Positions 23,761 to 38,660 of a stretch of 64,000 nt of DNA are shown piece by piece (position 1 is the stretch's first letter; every line of letters begins with the position of its first letter). This DNA comes from Octopus bimaculoides (taxonomy: Eukaryota), in assembly GCF_001194135.2 (NCBI RefSeq), contig NC_068982.1, positions 162,602,026-162,666,025 on the forward strand, read 5' to 3'. The notes under the pieces are model-generated. The model saw only the letters and a program-made list of their open reading frames with translations, searched no databases and was not told the DNA's origin. The translations under genes were made by a program, and so were the position numbers.

Positions 23761-25964
23761 CAAATAACCAGTCAGGGGTATAAATCGAATATTCAATAGC
23801 AGATCACAGTTGTAACTCTTCAACAACAGATTCCTGATTCTAAGAATAGTCATCATAAAACTAATGTTATGATGGGTCAAATCACAGCAGACCCATTTAT
23901 AACTTAAATCAAATGTAAGTAACTGGTGGTAGTTGAGCCAACATGTTCCAGTTGACTGGTAATATTTGACACTGGTAATAACTTGTCAACTCATGGAAGA
24001 AATCACTGATTGGGTCCTCTCGTTTTCTTTCATGTTGATTTTTTAACACCCAAGTTAGCCCTGATCCATTAAATGAGTTCTAGCCATGATCAACCCATCT
24101 ATTTCAGGCAGCGTATCTAGGAGACATTATCCAATATGACTTCCTTTTTCAAGACATTCACCTGATTGTAATTTGAGTGGTGTTTGGTTGCTATTTCTAG
24201 CAGGTCAAGTAACCGTGTAGAAGCTCCCTTCCTTTCTTATACTGTTTTTCCTTTCTTTTCTCACTCTATAAAATCAATATCTAATTTTACAAATATGGTT
24301 ATATATCTTTATACCTAAGTACTTCATAATTTCTCACAGTTGAGATTGTTTCTTTATTGCCTACTATTTCTGTGAAATCATTCTGAAGATGTGTGTGTAA
24401 ACACAAAACAGTTAGCCACTGTCAGCTCAAAATCAAAACAAATAAAATGTTCTATGCTTGAAAACATTGAGAACTTTAATAAAAAAGAAGATAATTGAAT
24501 AGCCATCTCCTTGATCATTTTATGAAGATTATCTAATATGTATACAAATATAAATCAACTGCTCAGTTACGAGGGCATGTATCTATATTATTTATCAAAC
24601 AGCACTTTGTTATCGTCTTCTCCCAATATAAACACACATACACACAGCATATACACACCTGCGATAGAAAAGGCATTAACTATTTAAGTTAAGTATTTCT
24701 ATCCTCTGCATAAAAATAACAAAAATATTAGAATATACTTGTTTCTAACAATGCAAATGGAATGCCAATAAGCTGTACAGTTAATTTGAGCAACAAAATC
24801 TCAGTAGAACAGAAAGAACTTTCCTTTCCACTGAAGAAACACCAGATGAGATGAATAGCTAATTATATAACAGATATAAGTACAAATGGTAGAAGGTTCA
24901 ATCTCAGTGTAACAGAACACAGAGAATACAATGACCAACTTTTGAAAGTTGAAACCACTGATAACTTCAATCTAGGTTAATCACCACAGAAATAATTAAG
25001 CAGCTTGAAAATAATCAAGATAATTCTGACAACTGAAATATTAGAGAGAAATGCATGATTTTAAATTACTTGATTTTTGTGGCCCCAGTAAATTTAAACA
25101 ACACTGAAAAATACATTAGATTTTTTTTTTGTGTGTTAACCCAACAGATTTATGTAATATTTGAAATATGTGTTACCCCAGTCAATTTTTGAAATCTCTA
25201 AATTGAGATTATACAAAAAACAATTCAAAGAAATTTTCTTTTTCCATTCTTCACATATATTTTGATTTAGATGGATGAAAAATCTTCATACTTTTAAAAA
25301 GGGTAGTTAGCATTTCAGATTTCATGCAATGTAAACAAGGATAAAGAATAAGATTATTTGATTGTGTGAATGGAAAGTAAGTATCATCATTAGTAAATAA
25401 TAAGTTGAAGGGACAAGCTAATTGTTAATTTAAGTATACAAACAGACTCCATTTATTGTTTAACAAATATGCATTGCAGCAAGACAGACTAAAGTTGACT
25501 TATTGCATTGCTTATACATTCATGTTAACTACAAGCAAGACAAACAAGTTGCCAAGTTCTATTCTCTGAAAGTCAAGTTTGCAATTAACAGAGAACATGA
25601 AAGAGAAATATCAAAAGAGAGCAATGGGTTAGGAATTGTAGTACATAACTGGAAGAAGGTTTGTATCAACTGTCAAGGGTCTGAGGGTTAAAAACTAGAT
25701 TAGAAATTCTGAAAATGAGCAGACAACACAGTGTGGAAAACATGCAGATAAAATAATATCACCTTTTTGCCTAAAACTTGAGAGGAAACAGAATTAATGC
25801 AGTTTATTGAATGATATTGCAAAACAAAGACATTTCAAAATAGCTGATGACAGAAGAATAATTCTATAATTTAGTGATCACAAAAATCAACAAATAATCC
25901 AAACAAAATTTAATCCATAATATTTAGAAATTTATTAAAAAAATTAGATCATTTTATTCTCAGA

Positions 25965-26001
25965 AATAATAATAATAATAATTTTAATAATAATAATAAT
26001 T

Positions 26002-26052
<51 letters not shown>

Positions 26053-26286
26053 GTTTCAAATTTTGCCACAAGGGCAGCAATCTGGGGGGAGGGGATGAGT
26101 CAATTACATCAACCCCAGTGTTCAACTGGTACTTATTTTATCGACCCCAAAAGGATGAAAGGCAAAGTTGACACTAGCAGAATTTGAACTCAGAACAGAG
26201 TGATGAGTGAAATACCACTAAGCATTTCATCCAGCATGCTAACAATTCTGCCAGCTTGCCACCTTAATAACAATAATAACAATAAC

Positions 26287-26324
<38 letters not shown>

Positions 26325-26430
26325 CACAGCACATACCCAAGGCGCACAGAGCTGCGCTCGGTAGTGAAGTGAAAGCACGTTATAAAAATAAAACTACTGA
26401 ATAATAATAATAATAATAACAATAATAATA
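25965..26430 (+). repeat. (AAT)n microsatellite array interrupted by insertions
   Basis: Directly visible. Confidence 0.9.
26052..26263 (-). mobile_element. SINE family D ((TTA)n-tailed)
   Basis: GGCAAGCTGGCAGAATTGTTAGC...GAGTTCAAATTC...TTTCATCCTTTTGGGGTCGATAAAATAAGTACCAG. Copies at 26430-26615(-), 31015-31232(-), 33722-33925(-) and 52470-52680(+). Confidence 0.85.
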
Positions 26431-27349
26431 ATTGGCACAAGGCCAATGATTTTTAAGGGAGAGGGTAGGTCAATTACACTCGTCCCAGTGCTTGACTGGT
26501 ATTTATTTTATCAACCTCAAAAGGATGAAAGACAAAGCTGAACCCAGCAGCACTTGAACTCAGAACATAAAGACAGGCGAAATGCTGCTAAGCATGTAAT
26601 CCAGCATGCTAATGGTTCAAAATGCACGCTATTATCAAATTAGTTTTAGCTATATAAGTTTATTTTACTGTTTTTATGAGTTTCAGAATAACCTAAGTTA
26701 TTCAATCGTTGGACATTCAAAGTTAGTCACTCTAAAAACTTGTGTATTATGGAATACAAAACTCTACTAATACAGTACTATTTCTCTTCTATTAACACTT
26801 TACAATTTCTGCTCTGCTAACACAGCACTATATCTGTTCTAGTAACATAATACTATGTCTACTGTACTAAACACAGTACAACATCTACTCTCTAGTAACG
26901 CAAAATTAGTTCTATTCTATTACTATAGCACTAGCTCAACTCTTCTGACACAATACTGTCTACTATGAAGCAAGATTGCAAGACAGTGTAACATTGACCC
27001 CAATATTTTAATTCAGTGATGGAAATAACAACCAATGACTGAAACATTACAGCATTAATTGATAAGTAAACATATTAAACGAACAGTATTGAATTAGGAG
27101 TGCAGTATGGAGAGGCAGATGTTTCACAGGTAAGATGAATAATCAAAAGTTCACTGCATACACTGGATTTATTTACACCTGATATATCAATAAGTGAAAT
27201 GGGAGGATGATCTTGATGAGCAAAAGTGGTGAGGGAAGTGAATGGACAAAGAGTAAGAAGGAAACAATATCAAAGGAATTCTATAAAAGCAGACATAGAC
27301 AGCAAAAACATAAAAGAAGTCTAATGATTTTTTTATCTTTTTTTTATCT

Positions 27350-27561
27350 TTTACTTGTTTCAGTTATTGGACTGTGGCTGTGTTGAAGACAATGTGTTGA
27401 ATGAATTGACCCCAGTACTTTATTGGGTTTTTTTAAAGTCTGATATTTATTCTATCAGTCTCTCTTGCTGAACTGCTAAGCTACAGGGTTATAAACAAAC
27501 CTAAACAGTTGTCAAGTAGTGGTAGTGGGGAACAAACACAAAGGCACACATATGTCCATGT

Positions 27562-27597
<36 letters not shown>

Positions 27598-27845
27598 TGT
27601 GTGTGTGAGGTGAGGTGTGTGTGTGTGTGAGAGGTGTGTGTGTGTGTGTGTGTGTGTGAGGTGTGTGCGTGTGTGAGGTGTGTGTGTGTGTGAGGTGTGT
27701 GTGTAACAGGTTTCCACACAGTTTCTATCTACCAAATCCACTCGCAAAGCATTAGTCAAACTGGAGCTATAATAGAAGCCACTTGCCCAAGGTGCTGTGT
27801 AGTGGGACTGAACACAAAATCATGTGGTTGCAGAGTTAGCTTCTT
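27350..27845 (-). mobile_element. SINE family C copy with expanded (GT)n/GAGG microsatellite
   Basis: Family C tail and head flank a 27560-27705 microsatellite. Confidence 0.8.
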
Positions 27846-30800
27846 TACATGCTTAACATGTAAAGAATTTTCAAATAAGTTCATGACACCTATAGACTGA
27901 TTACAAATTAACTGCTAAGAATGTAATTGATATTAAATATTGAAGTGTTTATAACATTGTATTAAAACTGCTGTACTTGGTTAATTATTTGATTACAGGG
28001 TTACTTCCAATTGCAAATGTCACTATGCTAGACATTGGAGGAATAGCTTGTCTTTTTGTGAACAGAGACTGACAATGCTGTAGATAAAATAATTTATACA
28101 ATTTGGGATGCCAAGGCACTCTGTAGGAAATCTGGTAATACTGTCACCTGGATAACAATATATACAAACTAAGTTCTGTCAGTGGGTTTTGTTTTTCTTT
28201 TTTGTACCAATTTAAAGTTTATAATAAATTACTTCAACTATTGTTCCAAGTTGAAGAAAGAAATAAAATAAAAGAAATGTTATCAAACACCAGAAGAGAC
28301 AAAAAGCTACTGACACACAATAATAATAATATTAATAATTATATTAAAGCCAAAGTGAATCAGGAAATATTTTACTAAAATATACACAGTCCAATCAAAA
28401 TATTCTCATGCTTATTTTATATAATTTCAATAATATCCCTGGAAAAGTGGGGTGTATAATAAATGTTTGCTATAGATATGTCACAGAAATTTAAGCATGA
28501 ATAATCTCAACTTCAGGGCATGAAGAACATAAAGTAAATTTAGCTACAAAAATTTTGTCAATATTATTGATTTTGTAAAATGAAATATAAAAAATTTATT
28601 AAATGGATTCAAGTACAACAGACTGAATATACTAAATATATTATTACACAAACTGCAACATAACTGAACATGCTATAACATATCATATCATTATATTGAT
28701 ATTAATGTTGTGTTATTATATTAGATATCAATGAAGTATATTGCTGTGATAACCTTGTTAGTAAAAAAAATACTCTAAGCATCAATTATTAGAAACCTCC
28801 TTTAAACCAGGTATAATTTATATTTCTGCCAAGAGAGCAGGTTTTCTGTGATATTAGATAATTCTACACCTGAATCTAAATCAATTTAATACCTTAAAAT
28901 CAAATATTGACCTATGCCAACACATTTCATACTTGCCAAATGGTCAAGGTTAATAGTTTTTTACTGCCAATTTTTTTTTTTTGTTATTGATTTTAGGAAG
29001 CCGGAATCATATATGAAAAGGAACATTTAGTAAAGAACTAAATAACAGAATAGTGATTGAATGTCACAACATCCCAGCCTATAAATCTAAGGCATTGTAT
29101 CTATTTCAGAAAACAATGTTAAATAGGTAAACATTAAGCAGATAAAATACACTGTTTGACTAATTAAATATGTGAGGATAACAACAACTACAGCTGACCT
29201 AGAGTAGATGCTGAAAATATACCAGTTTACGATAGTATATATAGCAGCCATATATATACAAATAAATCAAAAGCTTTTTTTCTTTTTTATAGTTACTATA
29301 AAGGGAAAATTCAACATCTAACTAACATGAAAAATAAATGATCTCTCTGGATGGAAAGACTAAAATTATGTAGCATCAAGAATCAATTTTCAAATTCTCC
29401 TAAATGGAAAATAATGTATAAATGATTTTCAACAGCAAACAAATACTAGACTTTTTATCTTTTAAAAATATAGTATAATAGTTGTAAAATTGATAACAAT
29501 AAATTTTAACAACTACTCACGTAATAACATATCCTGCTGATCAATGAGAAACATAAGAATTAATATTAACATCAGCTAACAGATGAGGACATGAAAAAAA
29601 TTTCCTGGTTTGATTGATATGTAATCATAATTGTTGTGTTGAAAATAAACATTTTAGTTTAAAGACAATAAAGTGATAAGGTCTCAAATTACTAGTGCAG
29701 TAACACACAACTATATTCATAAAGTTCACACTTGTTTATCTCTTAGCAGCTAAATATCTCAGCTTACTATTGAGAGGCAAAGGACCTAATTAGATGAGAG
29801 GCAGGAGAGGATAAGATTAACTAGTTATAAGAGACTTTACTGCAATCAGATAATATCAGATTCATGCACTCAGATACTGACACTTTCCTGAAAACAAATT
29901 AATATTGTAAATATTTTATTCTCTTTTCTGTATTTTACTTTGTGTTGTTGCTGTTGTTTCATTTTTACCCTAATTTTCTAAAGAAATATAAGAGTTCTGT
30001 CTCAGAGCTAAACTATAATTTCAATGTTCATGAACTAAAATAAACAAAATTTCTAGTCATGGAAATAAGTTAACTATTCACTTGATTTTATGTTACATTG
30101 AGTTACAAATCCTTGTTGATTATCATGTACAGTTACTCTCAGAACCACCAACTCCATCTCTATAACAGTGTCACTGCTAACTAACTGTACCTTGTTGTCA
30201 ACATAGCTGTCAGAAGTAAATTTTGTGTCCTGCCAACATAACTGAGTCACTATCAGCTGTATTCTTCCATATTACTAATTCAGTTTGGGATAATATAAAC
30301 ATTCTTAAGTGAGATTCAGCTAATCTACTGGATCACATGGGTCTAAGTTCAAATCTTACTATGCCACTGTGTTACATAACTTTGAACATTAACATTAATG
30401 CTGTTATTATTCCATCTTACTACACTGACATACTTATATACACAAGGAGGCTTCTACATAATAACTTGACCTACCAGAAATAGCAACCAAATTTCCTTCT
30501 AATCACACTCTAGTATCTTAAATGAAAGAGACATTGGATGATAATATAAATCTAAAAACACAATGTCTAAATAAAAGACAGGATGATGACAATTTGAACA
30601 ACTTTGAAAGGACTTCTCCTTTTACTGGATATACATGTGCAAATCCATTAATATCCACAGAATTTATATGTGTGTGAGTGTGTGTATACATATATATATA
30701 TTGATCATCTCTAATTCTTGCCAACAGAGATAAATAAGCTTCACTGGTGAAATCTAACAAGATCAAAATGTATCTAATGCTTTCACCAGTTAGCCTGCTT

Positions 30801-33800
30801 TAAAGACAAAATCCTCTCTGAATTAATTATCTTATTTTCCAAATATTAGGACTGGCTGATATTACTGGGGGGGTTTTCTTTCTTTTTTTTCCTTGTTTGT
30901 TGTTTTTAGAGTTTAAACACTCATAGAGAGAGTTTTTCTCTTCTAATCACAAGGATAGTTTCAGTTAAAGTTTTCCACTGACTATATTACCTACATGAGA
31001 CTACCATAATAATCCTTTCTGCAATCAGCAGAAAGCCTGAAATTTGTGGGGAGGGGGATAGTTGATTACATTGATCCCCAGTGCTCAACTGGTGCTTATT
31101 TTATCAACCCTGAAAGGATGAAAAGCAAAGTCAACCTCAGCAACATTTGGACTCAGAATGTAAAGACAGAAAAAAAATGTTGCCAAGCATTTTGTCTAGC
31201 ATGGTAATGGAGTCTGCCAACTCACAACCTTAGACTACCATAATAATGATGATGTAGTTTGTTGATAGCAAAGTAAAGTTGGTTGTGACAGTTATGTTAA
31301 CTGGAGTTAATAGTGAGCTGTGCTGATGTAACAATAAAGATAATGGTGATTCAGTTATGTTGACAGGACGATGACATAATCATGCTGAAAGCGTTACAGC
31401 TAATAGTGACACAGTTGATAGTAAAGTATGGCAGATTGACACAAATATGTTAAATTGTAGTACAGCTAACAGCAACACAGTTACATCAGGACAGGACACT
31501 ACAACTGGAGGTGACAGTTTGTGACATGTTAAGAGGACAATACAGCTAATAGTGACGTAGCATGTTTACAGGACAGTATTGCTGTCAGTGGTGCAGTTAT
31601 GTTGACAGGAGAACACTGCTGGTGGTGACAATTGTTTAGAGGACAACACAGCTGGTCTGTAGTAGTTAGTGACAATAGAGTTTATTGTGACAGTTTTGTA
31701 GACAGGACAGTACAGCCAAGGTAACACAGTTATGTCAATTGGACTTAATAGTGGTTGTTGCTGATGTCATCATCATTTCCACGATGGCTGAAATTAATGA
31801 GAACCGAAAGCTTCACACCCAATCCTTGCTAATGTTTAATATATTTTGGGGAGAAAATTATTGTATAATGTTGGGAATATCAGTAGTTCAGTAAAAAGGA
31901 TTTAAGCAGTAATCAATATCTCTACAATAGTGGCACTGCCAGAATGTTTTGACCAAGTGTTTCTTAAAATGATTTATTCCAGACACTACACCTAGAAAAT
32001 GGTCAGTAAGTAAAACATCAATATTCTTGACCTCTGTCCAATAATAGAAGCAATCATTATATTCTTGTTGAGAAAGAAAACTTTGCAGGAAATTACCTTC
32101 CTCAAGCTAATCATCAACTACACTATCATAATCAGTATCATTTCAAGATCTGATTGTTCATGTTGTTATTGCTGGTGTCTAGACTTCGATCAGCACTGAT
32201 CCAACAGACTTACGTTACAGCTGTGACCATCCCATCTTTTTAACAGACATAATATATTTACAACTACAACATCTCATGTGTCCTTCTTTGTTTAAGATGG
32301 TGGGGCATGAGTTCAGAAGGGAAATCTGGTTGCTATTTTTAGTAGATTGAATGACCACAGAGCAGTTTCCTCTTTTCCTACTAGTGTCAGCTGAATACAT
32401 CTGTAATATCACACATTTTTATGCATCCCAATCTTGCATCTCATATGCATGGGTCAATGTTTTCAACTTTCAACCAACTACAGTTCCTCTAATCTATCTC
32501 TACAGAAAATAATTCTTTTCTAACCAACCTAAGCCTGCAGTCACAATGATTACAGCTACCAACTTAATGCTACCTACATCATAAAAACCTTATTAGTCTA
32601 CCTAATTTAGTCAGCACAGGAAAATTTACACTATGAATACTTCACAGTTGAATAGTTGGCAATAGGCCATTGATCTATACAAATATTTTGGTGTATGTGT
32701 GCAAGTATGTGTGCATATAGGTGTGTATATATATATAAGAATATGTCAGTGCCTGTATGTAAGTATTTTATGTAAAAGTATATGTATGTGTGTAAATATA
32801 ACCAAAAAACATGCTCCAGAATGTTGACCAAGGATGAGAAGTGTAATATTAGAATGGTCCAGTAATATTCAAAAAAGACAACTTAATTGTAAATTCAATG
32901 TTTGCAATTACATGAATCTATATGAAATGTTAAGAAGAGGAAACCAGTCCATTGTTAGTAACTTTTCTCATTATAGGAATTGAACTCAGTACACAAAGTC
33001 AACAAAGCACACTTTAGTACTATAGAGTTGCCACTACATCCAGCAGTGTATTATGCTACACAAAATACATCCAGATAAGTGGACTCAACCATTAAAATAT
33101 ACTGCCTGCACCATGGACAAAACACACCCATTGTTAGGAATATACACTGCTGCCTTTATGATTGCATCTTATTAAATTATACTTAACCAATGTTTATAGA
33201 TATATAGTATTAATAGTTAGGGGGTGCCAGCATAGAAGGCAGACGTTAAATGATGATGATGATGATAATGATGATGGGAAACCTTTTTCAGTTTCCATCT
33301 ACCAAATCCATTCAAAAGACTTTGGTTGGGCCATGGCTATAGTGGAAGACTCTTGCCCATAGTGCCATGCAATGGGGCTAAATCTGAAAATAAAAGGCTG
33401 GAAAGCNNNNNNNNNNNNNNNNNNNNNNNNNNNNNNNNNNNNNNNNNNNNNNNNNNNNNNNNNNNNNNNNNNNNNNNNNNNNNNNNNNNNNNNNNNNNNN
33501 NNNNNNNNNNNNNNNNNNNNNNNNNNNNNNNNNNNNNNNNNNNNNNNNNNNNNNNNNNNNNNNNNNNNNNNNNNGTGTAACACATCCTACAGAATGATAG
33601 TTACTATGTACCAAATATATATATACTTTATTAGTGACATAAATATTGCCATGCTATTTACATGTAAATGTGGATGTGTTTGTGCAGCATGCATTCTGTA
33701 TATATACATTTGTCTTTTCTACTCTAGGCGCAAAGACTGAAATTTTGGGGGAGGGGGTCAGTCAATTAGATCAAGCCCACTATGCAACTAGTACTTAGTT

Positions 33801-36212
33801 CATTGGCCCCGAAAGGAAGAAAGGCAAAGTCAACCTCGGCGGAATTTGAACTCAGAACATAAAGACAGACGAAATACTGCTAAGCGTTTCGCCCAGTATG
33901 CTAACGTTTCTGCCAGCTCACTGCCTTTATATTAGTATTAGTATTGCATGTGTGTGTGTATATTATATATCATCATCATCATCGTTTTAATGTCTGTTTT
34001 CCATGCTGGCATGGGTTAGATAGTTTGACAGGAGCTGGCTAGCCGGGGAGTTGTCCAGACTCCAAATTGTCTGTTGTGGCATGGGCTCTACAGCTGGATG
34101 CGCTTTCTAATGCCAGCCACTTTACAGAGTACGTTGGGTGCTTTTTATGTGCCACCAGCATAGGTACACCTACACAGCACTGACACAAGTGCCTTATACA
34201 TGGCACCAGCACCTGTAAAGGACAAGTATGGATGATAGTGATTTTACTTGGCTTGATGCGTCTTCTCAAGTACAGCAAACTGCCAGAGCTCCCAGCCCCT
34301 TGTCATTTCCTCAGTGAGGCCCATATACATATATAACCATTAATCACTATCTGTATTCTAAGCTGGCATGGGTTGGATAGTTTAACAGGATCTGACAAAT
34401 CAGAGGACTGTGTTGAGCTCCAATGTTTGTTTTAGTCTGGTTTTTACTGCTAGATGCCCTTCTTAACACCATATAAACTAAACTCTGAAGTTCTCTAGAA
34501 ATGTAGATCTTAATATAACTGTGTAAGTGTCATCATCTTCAACAACCAGACATCTGTAGTAATATTACCTGTTTATTTTAAAACAATAAATTTTCTTGTT
34601 AATTTTGTCCTGAACTTCTAGAACATAGTTGGTTAAAGTCTCCCCATTCTCTTTTCTGCATTGGTTAAATGATTCTCCCCATTCTCTTATCTACAATTTA
34701 GGATATCTAAGTTTATTGTGAAACATATGAAAATTAGACAAATGGAGCTAGTGACCAAGACCAAAAGGGGATGCATGAAAGAGCTGGACATGATTAAATA
34801 GAAATATTGAAGATATCTAATTGAACAATGTTCACTTTAAATGAAATATTCAATAGGTTCACAGACTATATGAAGTCAAAGATGTACAGGTGTGACAGCC
34901 AAAGTTTTACAAATGTAACATGAATGTATAGATTTTACATAGGAAAATGTCAAAGTAGCAATTAAAGATATTTTAATGTGATCAGTAAAGGTGTACAGAT
35001 GTGAGGAACAAAGATGTAAAATGTGAAAGTTAGAACTGTACAGATGTAGGCGTTTTAAAAATTATATAGATATATCAATAAAGCTATACAGATGTGATGC
35101 ATAAAGATATACAGAAATAACAAGAGAGCTGTAAAACATGAAAGGATAATATGTAAATATGTGATGCACAAAGAATTACAACTAAAGATGTACAGTTGTG
35201 ACAGTTAAATGTGGACATATATTTTCTACCTAAGAACCATAAAAAAAGACAATTAACATTTAAGCATCACCAAATAAATTGCTGGAAGTTCTCAATGCTA
35301 ACGAATAAAAGAGTCACATAAAGCAACTAATATCAGAATCTACTAGTATGGTTAATAAGTAGAAAAATTATGTCTGTCAATGAAAATCAAGATGGTTGTC
35401 AATATATCTACAGTGAAACAGAAAACTATCACAAAGCAGCAACTAAACTGTTTCAGTGAAAATAACAATAACGACAACAGTGGTAACTAAAACCAATTTT
35501 ATAATAAAAATGTTTTTAAACTACACACTGATGAAAGCAGTTACAGCTCCCTTACAACAGTTCTTAATGGGTTAACATATGTCAAAATTTGTTTTTTTGT
35601 GATATCACCAGATACACACAATAGGTATCATCTCCACAAAGAATTATTAAAGTAACAATTTCTCAGTAAAAATGTAATTATAGCTTCAGTATTAATAATG
35701 AAGAATAAAGTTGTTTCGTTTGATGTCTAACTTAAATAAGTCATAAAGGACTGAGAAACTTAAGTTGTATATAACTACATCTCTAAGTGTAGTTGCTATG
35801 CTCCACATAATATTGAAGTGTCCTAAACTACCTGCTGTATCCCGAACTCTACTTATGTCCTAAACTATACTAGCTGCTAACCTAAACTCTATATTTTATG
35901 TCCTCAATTCTACTAGCTGTAACCTAAACTTTATTTGGAATGTCCTTAAACACTACTGTGTCTTAAAATCTTGCTTACAATTATATAGCCTTGTGTTAAT
36001 GATGTGCAATTAGGAAAACACTCATCAGAGTGAATATAGTATAATAACCCTTATCATCATCATCATCGCTTAACGTCCATTTTCCATGCTGGCATGGGTT
36101 GGACGGTTTGACTGGGGTCTGGAAAGCCAGGGGGCTGCACCAGGGTCCAATCTGATCTGGCAATGTTTCTACAGATAGATGCCCTTCCTAAAGCCAACCA
36201 CTTCAAGAGTGC

Positions 36213-36249
<37 letters not shown>

Positions 36250-36262
36250 TATATATGTATAG

Positions 36263-36675
36263 AGGTGCAGACGTGGAAGTGTGGTAAGATGCTTGCTTCC
36301 CAACTACATGGTTCTAGGTTCAGTCCTGCTGTGTGGCACCTTGGGCAAGTATCTTCTACTATAGCCTTGGGCTGACCAAAGCCTTGTGAGTGGATTTGAC
36401 AGAGAGAAAGTGAAAGAAGCCCATTCTGTATGTGTGTGTATGTGTGTGTGTGTGTGTATTTATGTGTATGTGTTTGTGTCCCCACCCCCACATTGCTTGA
36501 CAACCGATGTTGGTGTGCTTATGTCCCCATAACTTAGTGGTTCAGCAGAAGAGACCAACAGAATAAGCACCAGGTTTACAAAGAATAAGTCCAGGGGACG
36601 ATTTCTTTGACCAAAAAAACAGTGCTCCAGCATGGCCACAGTCAAATGACTGAAACAAGTAAAAGAATAAAAGAA
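36263..36675 (+). mobile_element. SINE family C copy
   Basis: Colinear with the reverse complement of 44155-44542. Confidence 0.85.
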
Positions 36676-36678
36676 AAA

Positions 36679-36711
<33 letters not shown>

Positions 36712-36745
36712 TACACATTATATACACACATACACACACACATGT

Positions 36746-37074
36746 GTGAAGGCATGTGGCTTTGTGGTTAGGGTATTCAGCTCACAGTCATGAAGTGATG
36801 AATTCAATTCCATTGCAGCACATTGTGTCCTTGAGCAAGACACTTCATTTCATGTTGCTCCAGTTCACTCAGCTGGCAAAAATAAGTTGTACCTGTAATT
36901 CAAAGAGCCAGCCTTGCCACATTCTGTGTCAGGCTGAATCTCCCTGAGAAACTACATTAATGATATACACATCTGTGGAGTGCTCAGCCACTTGCACGTT
37001 AATTTGATGAGCAGACTGTTCCGTTGATCAGATCAACTGGGACCCTTATCACTGTAACCGATAGAGAGCCAGTT
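36746..37074 (+). mobile_element. tRNA-derived SINE, head B (CORE-like) + tail X
   Basis: TGTGTCCTTGAGCAAGACACTT...GCTCCAGTTCACTCAGCTG CORE-like block. From about 36887 the tail matches 38274-38466; a further tail X fragment lies at about 56320-56410. Confidence 0.8.
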
Positions 37075-38273
37075 ATATATACACACACATACAAACATGC
37101 AATATCATAAAGACCTAATTATGAAGATGTGTAGAAAATTAATATTTAATGTTCTTCAGCTAGTCTAAGCCATCATGACCAAAGCCATGCTAAAGTAATG
37201 CCTTTCTGAATGAATTCAGATTTTATTTCTTCTAAGTAATACATAAAATAGTATTGGACAATGAATACTTGTTTTTGCATGTTCTAAACAGAATGCTGTA
37301 CAAATTTGTTAAATGAATAGAAAAGTGAATAAAAATAGAGAGCTTAGAGGGAATTGAACCTCTATTTCTATTGATGATACTTTAGTATATTTACAACTGC
37401 AACAGAATCCCTTTGATAATATCCACTTCCAGATTCAGCATTTAAACCTAAACAGTCACTTTAAAAGTCAGTTATGAATCCTGATGTTATTTGGATAAGA
37501 TCAGGAAATCAACTATGAAATCTTACTTCTTTATTACTCTGACAATTAAAGTAGTGACCTTTGCCATTGTAAGTACTGACTTTCGAAACAAAGTACTGAC
37601 CTTTCATAGTGAAAGTAATGTCACTTTCACTGATTTATTTATTCAAGTACAATTTGTAGTATTGACTAAAACGTTGGCTATTTCTTTATAGTGATGGCTC
37701 AATAAAAATTGGATTCTAAATGTGTTAGATTGTTTTAAATAATCTCTAGTAGATATGAAGTGAACAAAAGTGTGAACCCAGTAGGAAGTGAAACTGCCTT
37801 TTTGATGCTTCAGTGTAATTACATCCTATTCTACAATACAATGTGTTTCATCAAAATGTAAATCACAAATTAAGTTTATGTATTTGCTTTGCAAGATTCT
37901 TGATATGAAATCATGTGTTGAAACAGATATTGTTATACTTGGAGATGGTCATCATTTACCAATTAAATACACACACTATTTATTTGATTTTCACTTTAAC
38001 TTTATTATTATTATTATTATTAGTCTATTTGTCAAAGTTCTCTTGTCACACATACTGTGACCTCTTCAGCAACTTTTTGTCCCACATGTCTCCTCTTGTC
38101 CAGCCTATTCCAATGGAATAGGCAGGACAAGAGGAGGTACGTGAGACTAAAAATCATAATAATAAAGCTAAATTGAAGATCAAATAAATAGTGAGCATAT
38201 TTAATCAGAAAAAGATGACCATCCCCAAATAAATCACATATTAGCAGTTCAATCCTAGTTTAACTGTCACTAT

Positions 38274-38660
38274 TTTTTGTTGGCACTCCGTCGGTTACGA
38301 CGACGAGGGTTCCAGTTGATCCGACCAACAGAACAGCCTGCTCGTGAAATTAACATGCAAGTGGCTGAGCACTCCACAGATGTGTGTATCATTAATGTAG
38401 TTTCTCAGGGAGATTCAGCGTGACACAGAGTGTGACAAGGCTGGCCTTTGAAATACAGGTACAACAGAAACAGGAAGAAAGAATGAGAGAAAGTTGTGGT
38501 GAAAGAGTACAGCAGGGTTTGCCACCACCCCCTGCCGGAGCCTCGTGGAACTTTAGGTGTTTTCGCTCAATAAACACTCACAACGCCCGGTCTGGGATTC
38601 GAAACCACAATCCTAGACCGTGAGTCCGCTGCCCTAACCACTAGGCCATTGCGCCTCCAC
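38274..38660 (-). mobile_element. tRNA-derived SINE, head A + tail X, 11-bp TSD
   Basis: Same head as 14247-14562; TSD ACTGTCACTAT at 38263-38273 and 38662-38672. CpG-rich, so probably young. Confidence 0.9.

Noticed and set aside
32097-32149. 53-nt AG...GTAATT pseudo-exon on the gene strand
   Set aside because: Weak pyrimidine tract, in-frame TAG, and it abuts a family E repeat.
38580-38660. tRNA-like sequences with A/B boxes (also about 14490-14562, 44470-44542 and 48728-48800)
   Set aside because: They are SINE heads continuing into SINE bodies with TSDs, not tRNA genes.
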